The position numbers were made by a program, and so were the translations under genes. Positions 10,058-18,885 of a DNA stretch of 33,899 bases are shown piece by piece (position 1 is the first letter of the stretch; each line of letters starts with the position of its first letter). The DNA lies in assembly GCA_002690595.1 (NCBI GenBank), contig NZFI01000058.1, forward strand, positions 1 through 33,899, read 5' to 3'. The notes beneath the pieces are model-generated. The model saw only the letters and a program-made list of their open reading frames with translations, was not told where the DNA came from and did not search any database. Source of the DNA: Rickettsiales bacterium. Its GTDB lineage: Bacteria > Pseudomonadota > Alphaproteobacteria > Methylaequorales > Methylaequoraceae.

Positions 10058-10915
10058 ATGTCTCTGAATACAATTAAAACCTCAAAAATTGCAATTAATT
10101 TATTAATTGATGAATTAAAAATAGATTTAGGTGGTAGATCTTTTAAAAATGATAGAACGACTAATAAATTAATAGTTAAAAAAAAAGATGTAAAATTTTA
10201 TATTGTTCCACGAGAAAAAATAGTTTTATGTGGCATTTTATTTATAAAAAAATTTATTAAAAAACAGTTTAAAAAAATTAGTATAAAAGTTTCCTATAAA
10301 GATGGTGATATCATTAAACCTGGAGAAAAAATTGCAGTACTGTCAGGTGATTGCAAAAAAATACTTTCTGTTGAGAGAACTATACTTAACTTCTTACAAC
10401 ATTTATCTGCAATTTCAACAACTACCTACAAATTAAATCAAAAAATCATAAATAAAAGAACCAAACTACTTGATACAAGAAAAACAACTATAGGCTTAAG
10501 ACATCTAGAAAAATATGCAACTAGAATGGGGGGGGCAACAAACCATAGACATAGTTTAAATGAAAAAATATTAATTAAAGATAATCATATAAAAGCTTTA
10601 GGAGGAATTGAAAATATAATAAAAATTATTTTAAAAGAAAATCTTAAAAGTTTCCAAATTGAATGTGATTCAATAAGCCAAGTTAAAAGACTGATGAAAA
10701 TAGGTTGCAATGATTTTTTATTAGATAATATGAAGGTATCTGAAGTAAAAAAATGTCTAAAATTAAAAAAAAATAAAAATATTTTATTTGAAATTAGTGG
10801 AGGAATTAATAATAAAAATATTGTTCAATACTCTAGACTTGGAGCAGATTATATTTCAGCTGGATTTATAACACAAAATCCTGATGCAGTAGATATTGGC
10901 TTAGATATATTTTAA
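10058..10915 (+). CDS. nadC: nicotinate-nucleotide diphosphorylase (quinolinate phosphoribosyltransferase)
   Basis: Motifs ERTILNFLQHLS, LLDTRKTT and GGATNHRHSLNEKILIKDNH are present. The gene follows nadA. Confidence 0.9.
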   Translation: MSLNTIKTSKIAINLLIDELKIDLGGRSFKNDRTTNKLIVKKKDVKFYIVPREKIVLCGILFIKKFIKKQFKKISIKVSYKDGDIIKPGEKIAVLSGDCKKILSVERTILNFLQHLSAISTTTYKLNQKIINKRTKLLDTRKTTIGLRHLEKYATRMGGATNHRHSLNEKILIKDNHIKALGGIENIIKIILKENLKSFQIECDSISQVKRLMKIGCNDFLLDNMKVSEVKKCLKLKKNKNILFEISGGINNKNIVQYSRLGADYISAGFITQNPDAVDIGLDIF

Positions 10916-10977
10916 AAAACTTTATGTTTCTCTCTTGAATGTATAAAATTATTTAATAATTTTTATTGAGAAATTAA

Positions 10978-11925
10978 TTGAAAAAAATAAGTCTTATTGG
11001 TGCGGGAAATATAGGAGGAGAACTTGCAGCTATTGCAGCTTCTAAATCTCTTGGCAATATTATGTTAATTGATATTGAAGAAGGAATTGCTCGTGGAAAA
11101 TCATTAGATTTATCTCAAAGTGGAGTAGTAAGAAATTTTAGTTCTAAAATAAATGGAACTTCAAATTTATCTAAAATAAAAGATAGTGATGTAATAATTG
11201 TAACCGCTGGAATTGCAAGAAAACCAGGGATGAGCAGAGATGACCTCATAATAACTAATCTTAAGATAATGACCAGTATAGGTAATGCTATAAAAACTTA
11301 TAGCCCAAAAGCATTTGTCATATGTGTAACTAACCCGTTAGATGCAATGACATGGATTTTAAAAAAAATAAGTGGGATTAAAAAAAACATGATAGTAGGT
11401 ATGGCAGGAATCCTCGATTCTTCTCGTTTCAGATTTTTTTTATCTGAAGAAATAAAAGTATCCTCAGCCAATATCCAAACAATGGTACTAGGAGGCCATG
11501 GCGATACCATGGTTCCCATGTTAAATTATACATCAATAAGTGGAATTCCAATCTTAGAATTCATTAAAGAAGGAAAATTAACAATGTCAACACTTGAAAA
11601 GATTATAAAAAGAACAAGAAATGGTGGAGGGGAAATAGTAGGTTTATTAAAATCTAGTTCTGCATATTATGCACCTGCAATAAGTGCTATTGAAATGGCA
11701 GAATCTTTTCTTTTAGATCAAAAAAAATTACTTCCCTGTTCTGTTTATTTAAATGGTGAATATAATATAAAGGATTTATTCATTGGAGTCCCAGTAATAA
11801 TTGGTAAAAAAGGAGTAGAGGATATTAGAGAGCTAGTTTTTTCAAAAAAAGAACAACTTGAGTTTTATAAATCAGTTAAGGCAGTAAAAAAACTTACTGA
11901 AAAATGTAAAAAACTACTTGAGTAA
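10978..11925 (+). CDS. mdh: malate dehydrogenase (LDH-like family)
   Basis: Motifs IGAGNIGG, GIARKPGMSRDDL (Arg at the specificity position) and VLGGHGDTMVP are present. The TTG start directly follows an in-frame TAA (10975-10977). Confidence 0.95.
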   Translation: MKKISLIGAGNIGGELAAIAASKSLGNIMLIDIEEGIARGKSLDLSQSGVVRNFSSKINGTSNLSKIKDSDVIIVTAGIARKPGMSRDDLIITNLKIMTSIGNAIKTYSPKAFVICVTNPLDAMTWILKKISGIKKNMIVGMAGILDSSRFRFFLSEEIKVSSANIQTMVLGGHGDTMVPMLNYTSISGIPILEFIKEGKLTMSTLEKIIKRTRNGGGEIVGLLKSSSAYYAPAISAIEMAESFLLDQKKLLPCSVYLNGEYNIKDLFIGVPVIIGKKGVEDIRELVFSKKEQLEFYKSVKAVKKLTEKCKKLLE

Positions 11926-11986
11926 GATCATTTTAGTAGTTATTGTAGCCGACTGTAAATTTTAAATGTAATTTAGAAAGTTTAAG

Positions 11987-13150
11987 ATGGATATTCACGA
12001 GTATCAAGCAAAACAATTAATATCTAAGTTTGGAGTAAATGTGCCTGTTGGTGAGGTTATTTACCAGCCACATGAAGCAATTACAGTCACATCATGGTTG
12101 AATGAGGAGGAAGTTGTTGTTAAATCGCAAGTTCATGCTGGTGGTCGCGGAAAAGCTGGCGGAATTAAGGTTTGTAAAAATCAAGAAGAAATTATTAAAG
12201 AAGTTGATCGAATGATTGGGATGAAACTAATTACACCACAAACCGGTCCAGAGGGAAAAATAGTTAGTAGAGTTTATATTGAGAAAGCTTATAAAATTAA
12301 GAAAGAGTTATACTTTTGTATTACAATTGATAGAGAAACTGGAGGAAATACTATTGTTGTTTCAAAAAAAGGTGGAGTAAACATAGAAGAGGTTGCAGAA
12401 AAAAATCCTGAAGAAATTTATAAAGTGAGATTAGCGCCTGGCAACAAATTACTGTCTCATCACGCAAGAACAATATCTTATGAACTTGGCTTGAAAGGTA
12501 AAATTGCAAAAAAAGCTCAAAAAAACTTTGTTGCTTTGTATGAGGCATTTACTAATCTTGATGCATCATTAATAGAAATTAATCCATTAGCTATTACTGA
12601 AGATGATGAAATTGTTGCTGCTGACTGCAAGGCCTCATTTGATGATAATGCTTTGTATAGACAAAGACAAGTTGCAGAGATGAAAGATGATAATGAATAT
12701 GATCCATTAGAACTTGAAGCAGCAAGACATGACTTAAACTATGTTAAACTTGATGGGAATATTGGATTAATGGTTAATGGAGCTGGATTATCAATGGCTA
12801 CTATGGATATAATAAAATATTACGGTGGAAAAGCTGCAAATTTCATGGATGTAGCAGGTGCTGCAACCCCTGAAAGAGTAGCTGCTGCTTTCAAGCTAAT
12901 ATATAGAGATAAAGACGTAAAAGGTATTCTAATCAATATTTTTGGTGGAATGATGAGATGTAATGATATTGCTCAGGGTTTAGTCAATGCTGCAAAAGAC
13001 GTTGGTTTAAATAAACCACTTGTGGTTAGATTAGAAGGAACAAATGTTGAAATGGGAATGGATATTTTAAAAAACTCCGGCTTCCCAATAACACCGGTTC
13101 CAACAATGGATCAAGCAGCTAAGGAAATTGTTGAATTGGCTAAAGGATAG
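11987..13150 (+). CDS. sucC: succinyl-CoA synthetase (ADP-forming) beta subunit
   Basis: Motifs [34 protein letters not shown] and NIFGG are present. Length is 387 aa. Confidence 0.97.
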   Translation: MDIHEYQAKQLISKFGVNVPVGEVIYQPHEAITVTSWLNEEEVVVKSQVHAGGRGKAGGIKVCKNQEEIIKEVDRMIGMKLITPQTGPEGKIVSRVYIEKAYKIKKELYFCITIDRETGGNTIVVSKKGGVNIEEVAEKNPEEIYKVRLAPGNKLLSHHARTISYELGLKGKIAKKAQKNFVALYEAFTNLDASLIEINPLAITEDDEIVAADCKASFDDNALYRQRQVAEMKDDNEYDPLELEAARHDLNYVKLDGNIGLMVNGAGLSMATMDIIKYYGGKAANFMDVAGAATPERVAAAFKLIYRDKDVKGILINIFGGMMRCNDIAQGLVNAAKDVGLNKPLVVRLEGTNVEMGMDILKNSGFPITPVPTMDQAAKEIVELAKG

Positions 13151-13152
13151 AT

Positions 13153-14028
13153 ATGGCAGTATTAATAACTCAAGAAACAAAAATTATATGTCAAGGGTTT
13201 ACCGGGGCACAAGGTACTTTTCATTCGGAACGAGCAATTGAGTATAATACAAATTTAGTCGGAGGAGTTACCCCAGATAAAGGGGGGATGAAACATCTCA
13301 ATCTTCCTGTTTTTAATACAATTGCTGAAGCAAAAAAAGAAACAAATTGTAACGCCAGTGGTGTTTTTGTTCCTCCTCCTTTTGCAGCAGATGCAATTTT
13401 AGAGGGTGTAGAAGCAGAATTAGATTTAATTGTCTGTATAACCGATGGAATTCCAACAAGAGATATGCAAAGAGTTAAGAGAGAAATGAAGGGTTCAAAA
13501 ACAAGATTAGTTGGACCAAACTGTCCTGGAGTCTTAACACCTGGAGTTGGGAAAATTGGAATAATTCCTGGTCATATATGCAAACCTGGAAGAATTGGTG
13601 TTGTCTCAAGATCAGGCACCTTATCATACGAATCTGCTGTTCAAACTTCAAAGTTAGGTCAATCAACAATTATTGGAATTGGTGGTGATCCTGTTAATGG
13701 AACAAACTTTGTTGATGCTTTAGAACTTTTTCTTAATGATCCAGATACGGATGGAATTGTTTTAATTGGTGAAATAGGTGGAACAGCTGAGGTAGATGGA
13801 GCAGATTTTATAAAATCATGGAGTAAAAAAGTATCTAAACCTGTAGCTGGCTTTGTTGCTGGTGCAGCTGCACCAGAAGGGAAAAAACTTGGCCATGCTG
13901 GAGCAATTGTTAGTAGTGGTGCTGAAACTGCAGAGGCAAAAAAAGAAGCACTTAAATCTGCTGGTGTAACTGTTGCAGAAACAATAACCACAATTGGTGA
14001 TGCTATGAGAAAAGCTATGGGAATATAA
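13153..14028 (+). CDS. sucD: succinyl-CoA synthetase alpha subunit
   Basis: Motifs [27 protein letters not shown] and GHAGAIV (phosphohistidine loop) are present. Confidence 0.97.
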   Translation: MAVLITQETKIICQGFTGAQGTFHSERAIEYNTNLVGGVTPDKGGMKHLNLPVFNTIAEAKKETNCNASGVFVPPPFAADAILEGVEAELDLIVCITDGIPTRDMQRVKREMKGSKTRLVGPNCPGVLTPGVGKIGIIPGHICKPGRIGVVSRSGTLSYESAVQTSKLGQSTIIGIGGDPVNGTNFVDALELFLNDPDTDGIVLIGEIGGTAEVDGADFIKSWSKKVSKPVAGFVAGAAAPEGKKLGHAGAIVSSGAETAEAKKEALKSAGVTVAETITTIGDAMRKAMGI

Positions 14029-14055
14029 ATTTAATTCAATTAAAGAGGACAAATT

Positions 14056-14577
14056 ATGAATAACGCACTCATCTCATATCTTGGAGAAAACAAACCTAAT
14101 CTAATAACTGAGATTACATCCTTGTTGACTGAATTAGGAGGAGAATTCTCAGGAGTTACATTTGCAACTTTAGGTAGAGGATGTGAATTAACTATGGTCT
14201 ATAATAAACCAAATGAACTAAATATAGACGAAATAAAAAAAAATTTAGAAAATCTCGAAACATGTAAAAATGGTGAGTTTAATGTTAAACTTTTTGAGTT
14301 AAGTACTGAAGCTGGTCCAACAACAAAAATAACTCATAGAATCATTCTATCTGGAGAAGATCAAAAAGGTCTTTTACAAAAGATAATTAAAACTCTAGAT
14401 GAAAATTCTGCAGTTATTGTAAGGATGAATACTGAAAAAATAACATACCCTGATTCAGTTCAATATATTTCAAGATTTGCTATAGCCGTTAGGGAAGATA
14501 ATGCACCTCAATGCTTAGCTGAAATAGTTAAAGTAGCTGGACAAATGAAACTTACCTTTAGATACGAAACGTCATAA
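14056..14577 (+). CDS. tandem ACT-domain protein (GcvR-like architecture), function unknown
   Basis: Two ACT-like units are visible: ALISYLGENKPNLITEITSLLTELGGEF... and HRIILSGEDQKGLLQKIIKTLDENSAVIV.... Length is 173 aa. A canonical SD, AAAGAGGA (14042-14049), lies 6 nt before the ATG. Confidence 0.65.
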   Translation: MNNALISYLGENKPNLITEITSLLTELGGEFSGVTFATLGRGCELTMVYNKPNELNIDEIKKNLENLETCKNGEFNVKLFELSTEAGPTTKITHRIILSGEDQKGLLQKIIKTLDENSAVIVRMNTEKITYPDSVQYISRFAIAVREDNAPQCLAEIVKVAGQMKLTFRYETS

Positions 14578-15492
14578 ATTTTTTGATGATCTTGGGTGGT
14601 AGATCTCAATAATTTTTTTAACTCGCTTTGAATCAACAGCAGTATACTTTTGAGTAGATGATAGTGATTTGTGACCTAGAAGCTCTTGTATTGATCTTAA
14701 ATCAACCATATTTTCTAATAACTGGGTAGCAAAGGTATGTCTAAAAGAATGTGGAGTTGTATTTTCAGGAAGGTTTAATAATCTTCTAATATTTCTTATT
14801 TCTTTTTGCACTATAGTTGGATGAAGTCTTTTTCCTTTTTCCCCAAGAAAAATAAAATCATCTTTTTTTATACTTACTGGCATAGATTCTAACATCATGA
14901 AAAGTAAATTTTTTATTTCTTCAATAATAGGTAAAATTCTCTCTTTCCCACCTTTTCCTCTAACAATTATTTCATTTCTATCCAATATATCTTTTAGTTT
15001 TAAATCCAATACTTCATTTATTCTTAAACCAACCCCCCACATTAGTAAAACTATAGATAAGTTCCTTTTTGCAATCCATCTTTTTTCATTTTTAATTATA
15101 AATTCTAAAACTTTATTTATTTGATTCATTGATAATGGTCTGGGTAACGAACTTTTAAATTTAGGCGATTTAATATTCAGAATCGGTGAATAGTCTATAA
15201 TTTTTTTTTTAATTAAAAAATTATAGAAACTTTTAATTGATGACAGGCATCTTGCATTGCTTCTTGGAACAGCACCATTTTCAAGTTTTGAGAAAAACCA
15301 AGAACGTATAGTTTTATTGTCAATATCTTTAGTTATTGATAAATCAATTTTTTTATTGAAATACAGTGAAAGAAAACAAAAAAAAGAGTCCAAATCTCTT
15401 CTATAAGCTAAATAAGTATTTTCAGATAATCTTTTTTCATCTCTAATCCACTTGCACCATTCATTCTTTAAATTTCCTAATTCTGAATTCAT
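14572..15492 (-). CDS. xerC: tyrosine site-specific recombinase XerC
   Basis: The catalytic set is present: GLRINEV (Arg), HSFRHTFAT (HxxR) and LLGHKSLSSTQKYT (His, Tyr). It lies downstream of a DUF484 gene, as in the E. coli yigA-xerC pair. I prefer the ATG at 15492, which forms an ATGA overlap with the DUF484 stop. The ORF-track start at 15513 is a TTG. Confidence 0.88.
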   Translation of the reverse strand: MNSELGNLKNEWCKWIRDEKRLSENTYLAYRRDLDSFFCFLSLYFNKKIDLSITKDIDNKTIRSWFFSKLENGAVPRSNARCLSSIKSFYNFLIKKKIIDYSPILNIKSPKFKSSLPRPLSMNQINKVLEFIIKNEKRWIAKRNLSIVLLMWGVGLRINEVLDLKLKDILDRNEIIVRGKGGKERILPIIEEIKNLLFMMLESMPVSIKKDDFIFLGEKGKRLHPTIVQKEIRNIRRLLNLPENTTPHSFRHTFATQLLENMVDLRSIQELLGHKSLSSTQKYTAVDSKRVKKIIEIYHPRSSKNL

Positions 15493-16148
15493 TTTTTTTT
15501 CAATTGTATACAACGTTCTTGAAAAACTTCACATAAGAAAGATAACAAGTCTGAACCTTTATTATTATTATTAATAAAAATTTTTTCTTTACTACCAAAT
15601 GCTAAAAAAGATGGGGAATCAAAAATATTTTTATTTAGAGAATATAAAGCATTAGAATAAACGTTAAAATTATATGATTTAAAAATCCCTATTTCTTCAT
15701 CAACTGCATCCATAATTATTTTCTGATTATTTAAAAAAATAGAATTTATTTTTTCCTTTGAAATAAAAACACCACCAAACTTCTCTATATCAGTATAAGA
15801 GGAGACAAAAACCAAACAATCAAGCTCTAAAGCTCTAGGCAACAGATCTTTGGTAGATAAAATTAAAGATTTCAAATCATTAATCTTAATAATCTTTAAT
15901 ATAGCTTCATGAATAAGTTTTTGAGTAAAAAAATTAAATTTTGCATTAGTGATTATTTGTTTTTGTTTTTTTTGTAATTTTTTAATAATCCAATCCTTAA
16001 ATGAAACAATTTTATTATTCTCAAAGTTTTCAATTCCGGACAACGGAAAACTTAAAGATTGAAGAATATTTGGGTTATCTACAAAAAAGTTTGGGTTTGA
16101 CTTAAGAAAAGATAAAACTTTTTTTATATCATATTTTTTTTTTATCAT
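15489..16148 (-). CDS. DUF484 (YigA-like) protein
   Basis: The N-terminal segment VLSFLKSNPNFFVDNPNIL is typical of DUF484, and the gene sits immediately upstream of xerC. I prefer the ATG at 16148 (MIKKKYD...). The ORF-track start at 16256 would overlap the divergent priA start. Confidence 0.7.
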   Translation of the reverse strand: MIKKKYDIKKVLSFLKSNPNFFVDNPNILQSLSFPLSGIENFENNKIVSFKDWIIKKLQKKQKQIITNAKFNFFTQKLIHEAILKIIKINDLKSLILSTKDLLPRALELDCLVFVSSYTDIEKFGGVFISKEKINSIFLNNQKIIMDAVDEEIGIFKSYNFNVYSNALYSLNKNIFDSPSFLAFGSKEKIFINNNNKGSDLLSFLCEVFQERCIQLKKK

Positions 16149-16225
16149 TTTCACCCATAAAAGATTAAATTCATTATTATAGTGAAACAATTTTTTTTTT
16201 AAATCTAGTAATAAATTGAATATAA

Positions 16226-18238
16226 ATGATAGCTGAGATTTTTCTTCCAATTCCAATCAATCGTTCCTTTTACTATAAGATTTCAAAAAGTGTAAATCTT
16301 AAGTTAATAAAAAAAGGAACTCTAGTATTAGTTAACTTTAAAAATAAGATCTTAACAGGCATAATTTGGAAAACTCATAAAAATATACTTCATGATTATG
16401 AATTAAAGACTCTAGATATTGTTTTTTATGATATCATCTTAAATGAAGAAATATTAAATACTATTCAATTTATATCTAACTATTCATCCAATTCATTAAC
16501 ATCTATACTCAAATTATTCTTATCAGGCTTTTCAAGTAAGAATTATGAAAGGAAAATTTTAGAACTTGAAAAAAGTAAAAATTTCAAAATAGATTCTGTA
16601 TCTAAAAAAAAATTAATTCTTAATTTAGAACAAAAAAATGCCTTCCAAAAAATCTTATCCGTTTTGGAAAAAAGAAAATTCGAAGTTTTAGTTCTTGATG
16701 GTGTAACCAGCTCTGGGAAAACAAGGGTTTATATGAATGTATTATTTGAAGTTCTCAGAAAAGGACTTCAGTGCTTAATCATGGTTCCAGAAAAAATACT
16801 CACTAAACAATGGATTGAAGAGCTTAAAAATGATTTTGGATTAAAACCTGAAATATTTCATTCATCAATATCAAAGTCGAAAAGAAACAAAATTTGGCTT
16901 GGAGCTTTATCAGGAAATATAAATATTGTAATTGGTACTAGGTCTTCATTATTTTTGCCTTTTAGAAATTTGGGACTAATAGTTATCGATGAAGAGCATG
17001 ATATTTCTTTTAAACAAGAAGAAGGAACAATTCTTAATATAAGAGACTTAGGTATTGTAAGAGCTAAAAATAATAATTGCTTAATCATTTTATCTTCAGC
17101 AACACCGTCAATAGAGACTGAGTTTAATTGTAAAAGTAAAAAGTATACAAAAATAAGTCTCAAAAATAGAGTAGGAAATGCAAAGCTTCCCAAAATTGAA
17201 ATTATTGATATGAAATTAGAGAAAAAAAAAGAAAATCATTGGATATCAAAAAAATTAGAGGTCGCAATAAAAAAAACCTTAGATCAGAAACAACAAGCCT
17301 TAATTTTTCTTAATAAAAGAGGCTTTGCACCTGTTGTAATATGTAAAAAATGTGGTTTTTCTAAAGTATGCAAGAATTGTGATTTTTCGTTAGTATTACA
17401 CACAAATAAAACATCAGGAAAGCCAAGTAATCTAGTTTGTCATTATTGTAATTTTAAAGAAATTTACTCAGATAAATGCGAAAAATGTAAAAATGAAAAA
17501 ACTTTTCTAACAATTGGTCCTGGTGTCGAAAGAATTTATCAAGAAGCATCTAGTTTATTTCCAAAAAGTAGAATTGCTTTACTTTCAAGCGATTCCGTAA
17601 AATCTGAAAAAAATTATGAAAACATCCTGAACTCAATTTATAATAATCAAGTAGACATTATTATTGGAACACAAATAACTTCTAAAGGACATCATTTTCC
17701 TAATTTAAAAACTGTAGGAATTATAAATATAGATAATCTTTTAAATAGTTTTGACCTAAGATCTTCAGAAAAATCTTTTCAACTTTTAACCCAGGTGTCT
17801 GGAAGAGCTGGAAGATCAGGCTCTGAAGGCAATGTTTTTATCCAAACTTTCCAACCTGACCACCCAGTCATAAAATCAATTATTGTTTTTGACAAAGAAA
17901 AATTTATCAATTGGGAGCTATCAAGAAGAAAACAAAACTTTCAACCTCCCTTCTCGAGTTTAATTTCAATGATTATTCAAAATAAAAAAGAACAGTTAGT
18001 TATAGATAAAAGTAAAGAAATAGTTGAAATTCTATCACAAAAATTTTCAGAAATTATAATCTATGGTCCAGCACCTGCATTAATATTTAAAATAAGAAAT
18101 AACTTTCGATGGAGAATATTAATAAAAACTAATAAAAACTACTCTTTATTAAATGATCTTAAAAAATTTTTGTTACGAATAAAATTATCTAGTTCTGTAG
18201 AAGTAAAAATTGATGTAGACCCTTTAAGTTTCTTTTAA
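16226..18238 (+). CDS. priA: primosomal protein N' (replication restart helicase PriA)
   Basis: Walker A GVTSSGKT and the DEEH box VIDEEHD are present. The Cys-rich zinc region CKKCGF..CKNCD...CHYCN...CEKCKN is present. Length is 670 aa. Confidence 0.93.
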   Translation: MIAEIFLPIPINRSFYYKISKSVNLKLIKKGTLVLVNFKNKILTGIIWKTHKNILHDYELKTLDIVFYDIILNEEILNTIQFISNYSSNSLTSILKLFLSGFSSKNYERKILELEKSKNFKIDSVSKKKLILNLEQKNAFQKILSVLEKRKFEVLVLDGVTSSGKTRVYMNVLFEVLRKGLQCLIMVPEKILTKQWIEELKNDFGLKPEIFHSSISKSKRNKIWLGALSGNINIVIGTRSSLFLPFRNLGLIVIDEEHDISFKQEEGTILNIRDLGIVRAKNNNCLIILSSATPSIETEFNCKSKKYTKISLKNRVGNAKLPKIEIIDMKLEKKKENHWISKKLEVAIKKTLDQKQQALIFLNKRGFAPVVICKKCGFSKVCKNCDFSLVLHTNKTSGKPSNLVCHYCNFKEIYSDKCEKCKNEKTFLTIGPGVERIYQEASSLFPKSRIALLSSDSVKSEKNYENILNSIYNNQVDIIIGTQITSKGHHFPNLKTVGIINIDNLLNSFDLRSSEKSFQLLTQVSGRAGRSGSEGNVFIQTFQPDHPVIKSIIVFDKEKFINWELSRRKQNFQPPFSSLISMIIQNKKEQLVIDKSKEIVEILSQKFSEIIIYGPAPALIFKIRNNFRWRILIKTNKNYSLLNDLKKFLLRIKLSSSVEVKIDVDPLSFF

Positions 18239-18261
18239 TTTAATTAATTAATTTTAGAACA

Positions 18262-18290
18262 TTGAATCAAGTAATATCTTGTGCTAATAC
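18262..18290 (+). promoter_or_regulatory. candidate sigma70-type promoter for atpHAGDC
   Basis: TTGAAT (18262-18267), a 17-nt spacer ending in TGc (extended -10), then TAATAC (18285-18290). A weak AAGG lies about 10 nt before the atpH TTG. This is a motif match only, in AT-rich DNA. Confidence 0.3.
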
Positions 18291-18321
18291 AAACACTTTA
18301 AACTTCAAAAAAGGTTATTAA

Positions 18322-18882
18322 TTGTCTAAAAAAAATTTAAATTTTGACGAACTTTGTAGAAGATATGCTAAAGCTTTATTGTCACTAAATAATAGTAAAA
18401 AAAAAATTGATGAATCTATGGATAGTTTTTTAAAACTAATAGATTTAAAAAATAAAAATGCTGATTTTGAATATTTTCTTTTAAGTCCTTTAATTTCTCC
18501 TATTAAAAAAATAAACATCTTAGAAAAAATTTCAAAAAAACTAAATATTAATACTACATTTTCTAATTTCCTAAAAACATTAGCAGATCATAATAGGTTA
18601 TTTGCAATTGAAAAAATTTATAATTTCTACAAAAACATGATTCAAGAGGAAATTAATGAAACAAATATAGAGATCATAAGTTCAATAAATTTAAAGAATG
18701 AAACTAAAGATAAATTAAAAAATGAAATATCAACCGTAACAGGTAAAAAAGTTAAAATTATTAATGTTGTTGATAAAAATATTTTAGGTGGATTAATTAT
18801 AAAAATTAATTCTTTAATGATTGATTCATCTATTAAAACAAAATTAAATAAATATGAATTTTCAATGAAAGGTATGAGTTAA
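18322..18882 (+). CDS. atpH: F1 ATP synthase delta (OSCP) subunit
   Basis: The N-terminus contains RRYAKALLSL, the protein is 186 aa, and it is the first gene of atpHAGDC. A TTG start is required, because the next in-frame Met is residue 33. Confidence 0.9.
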   Translation: MSKKNLNFDELCRRYAKALLSLNNSKKKIDESMDSFLKLIDLKNKNADFEYFLLSPLISPIKKINILEKISKKLNINTTFSNFLKTLADHNRLFAIEKIYNFYKNMIQEEINETNIEIISSINLKNETKDKLKNEISTVTGKKVKIINVVDKNILGGLIIKINSLMIDSSIKTKLNKYEFSMKGMS

Positions 18883-18885
18883 AAA

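Noticed and set aside
11987-14028. Visibly higher G+C in sucCD (and similarly in atpA/atpD and sdhA) as a sign of horizontal transfer
   Set aside because: The richer segments coincide exactly with the most conserved, Gly/Ala-rich, highly expressed enzymes. Synteny there is native alphaproteobacterial. This is selective constraint on protein sequence, not foreign DNA.
14029-14041. The near-palindrome TTAATTcAATTAA after sucD as a terminator
   Set aside because: It is made only of A/T pairs, has a one-base loop and has no following T-tract in the right position. It cannot form a functional intrinsic terminator hairpin.
13475-14052. Three overlapping antisense ORFs across sucD, including a 110-aa ORF rich in Ala, Pro and Ser
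   Set aside because: They mirror the Gly/Ala-rich, relatively GC-richer codons of the conserved SucD C-terminus (GCN/GGN read backwards). They have no start context or SD, and sucD itself is unambiguous.
14572-15513. The tyrosine recombinase as a marker of an integrated mobile element or island
   Set aside because: It has the housekeeping XerC signature and sits in the conserved DUF484-xerC pair. There is no adjacent tRNA, direct repeat, phage or transposon gene, or compositional break.
16149-16256. The longer DUF484 ORF start at 16256, which would overlap the divergent priA start by 31 nt
   Set aside because: The extra 36 residues (MELEEKSQLSFIFNLL...) precede the typical DUF484 N-terminus. 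They would eliminate any promoter space for both divergent genes. The ATG at 16148 leaves a 77-nt divergent spacer. I could not call convincing -35/-10 motifs in that spacer, so no promoter feature is reported there.
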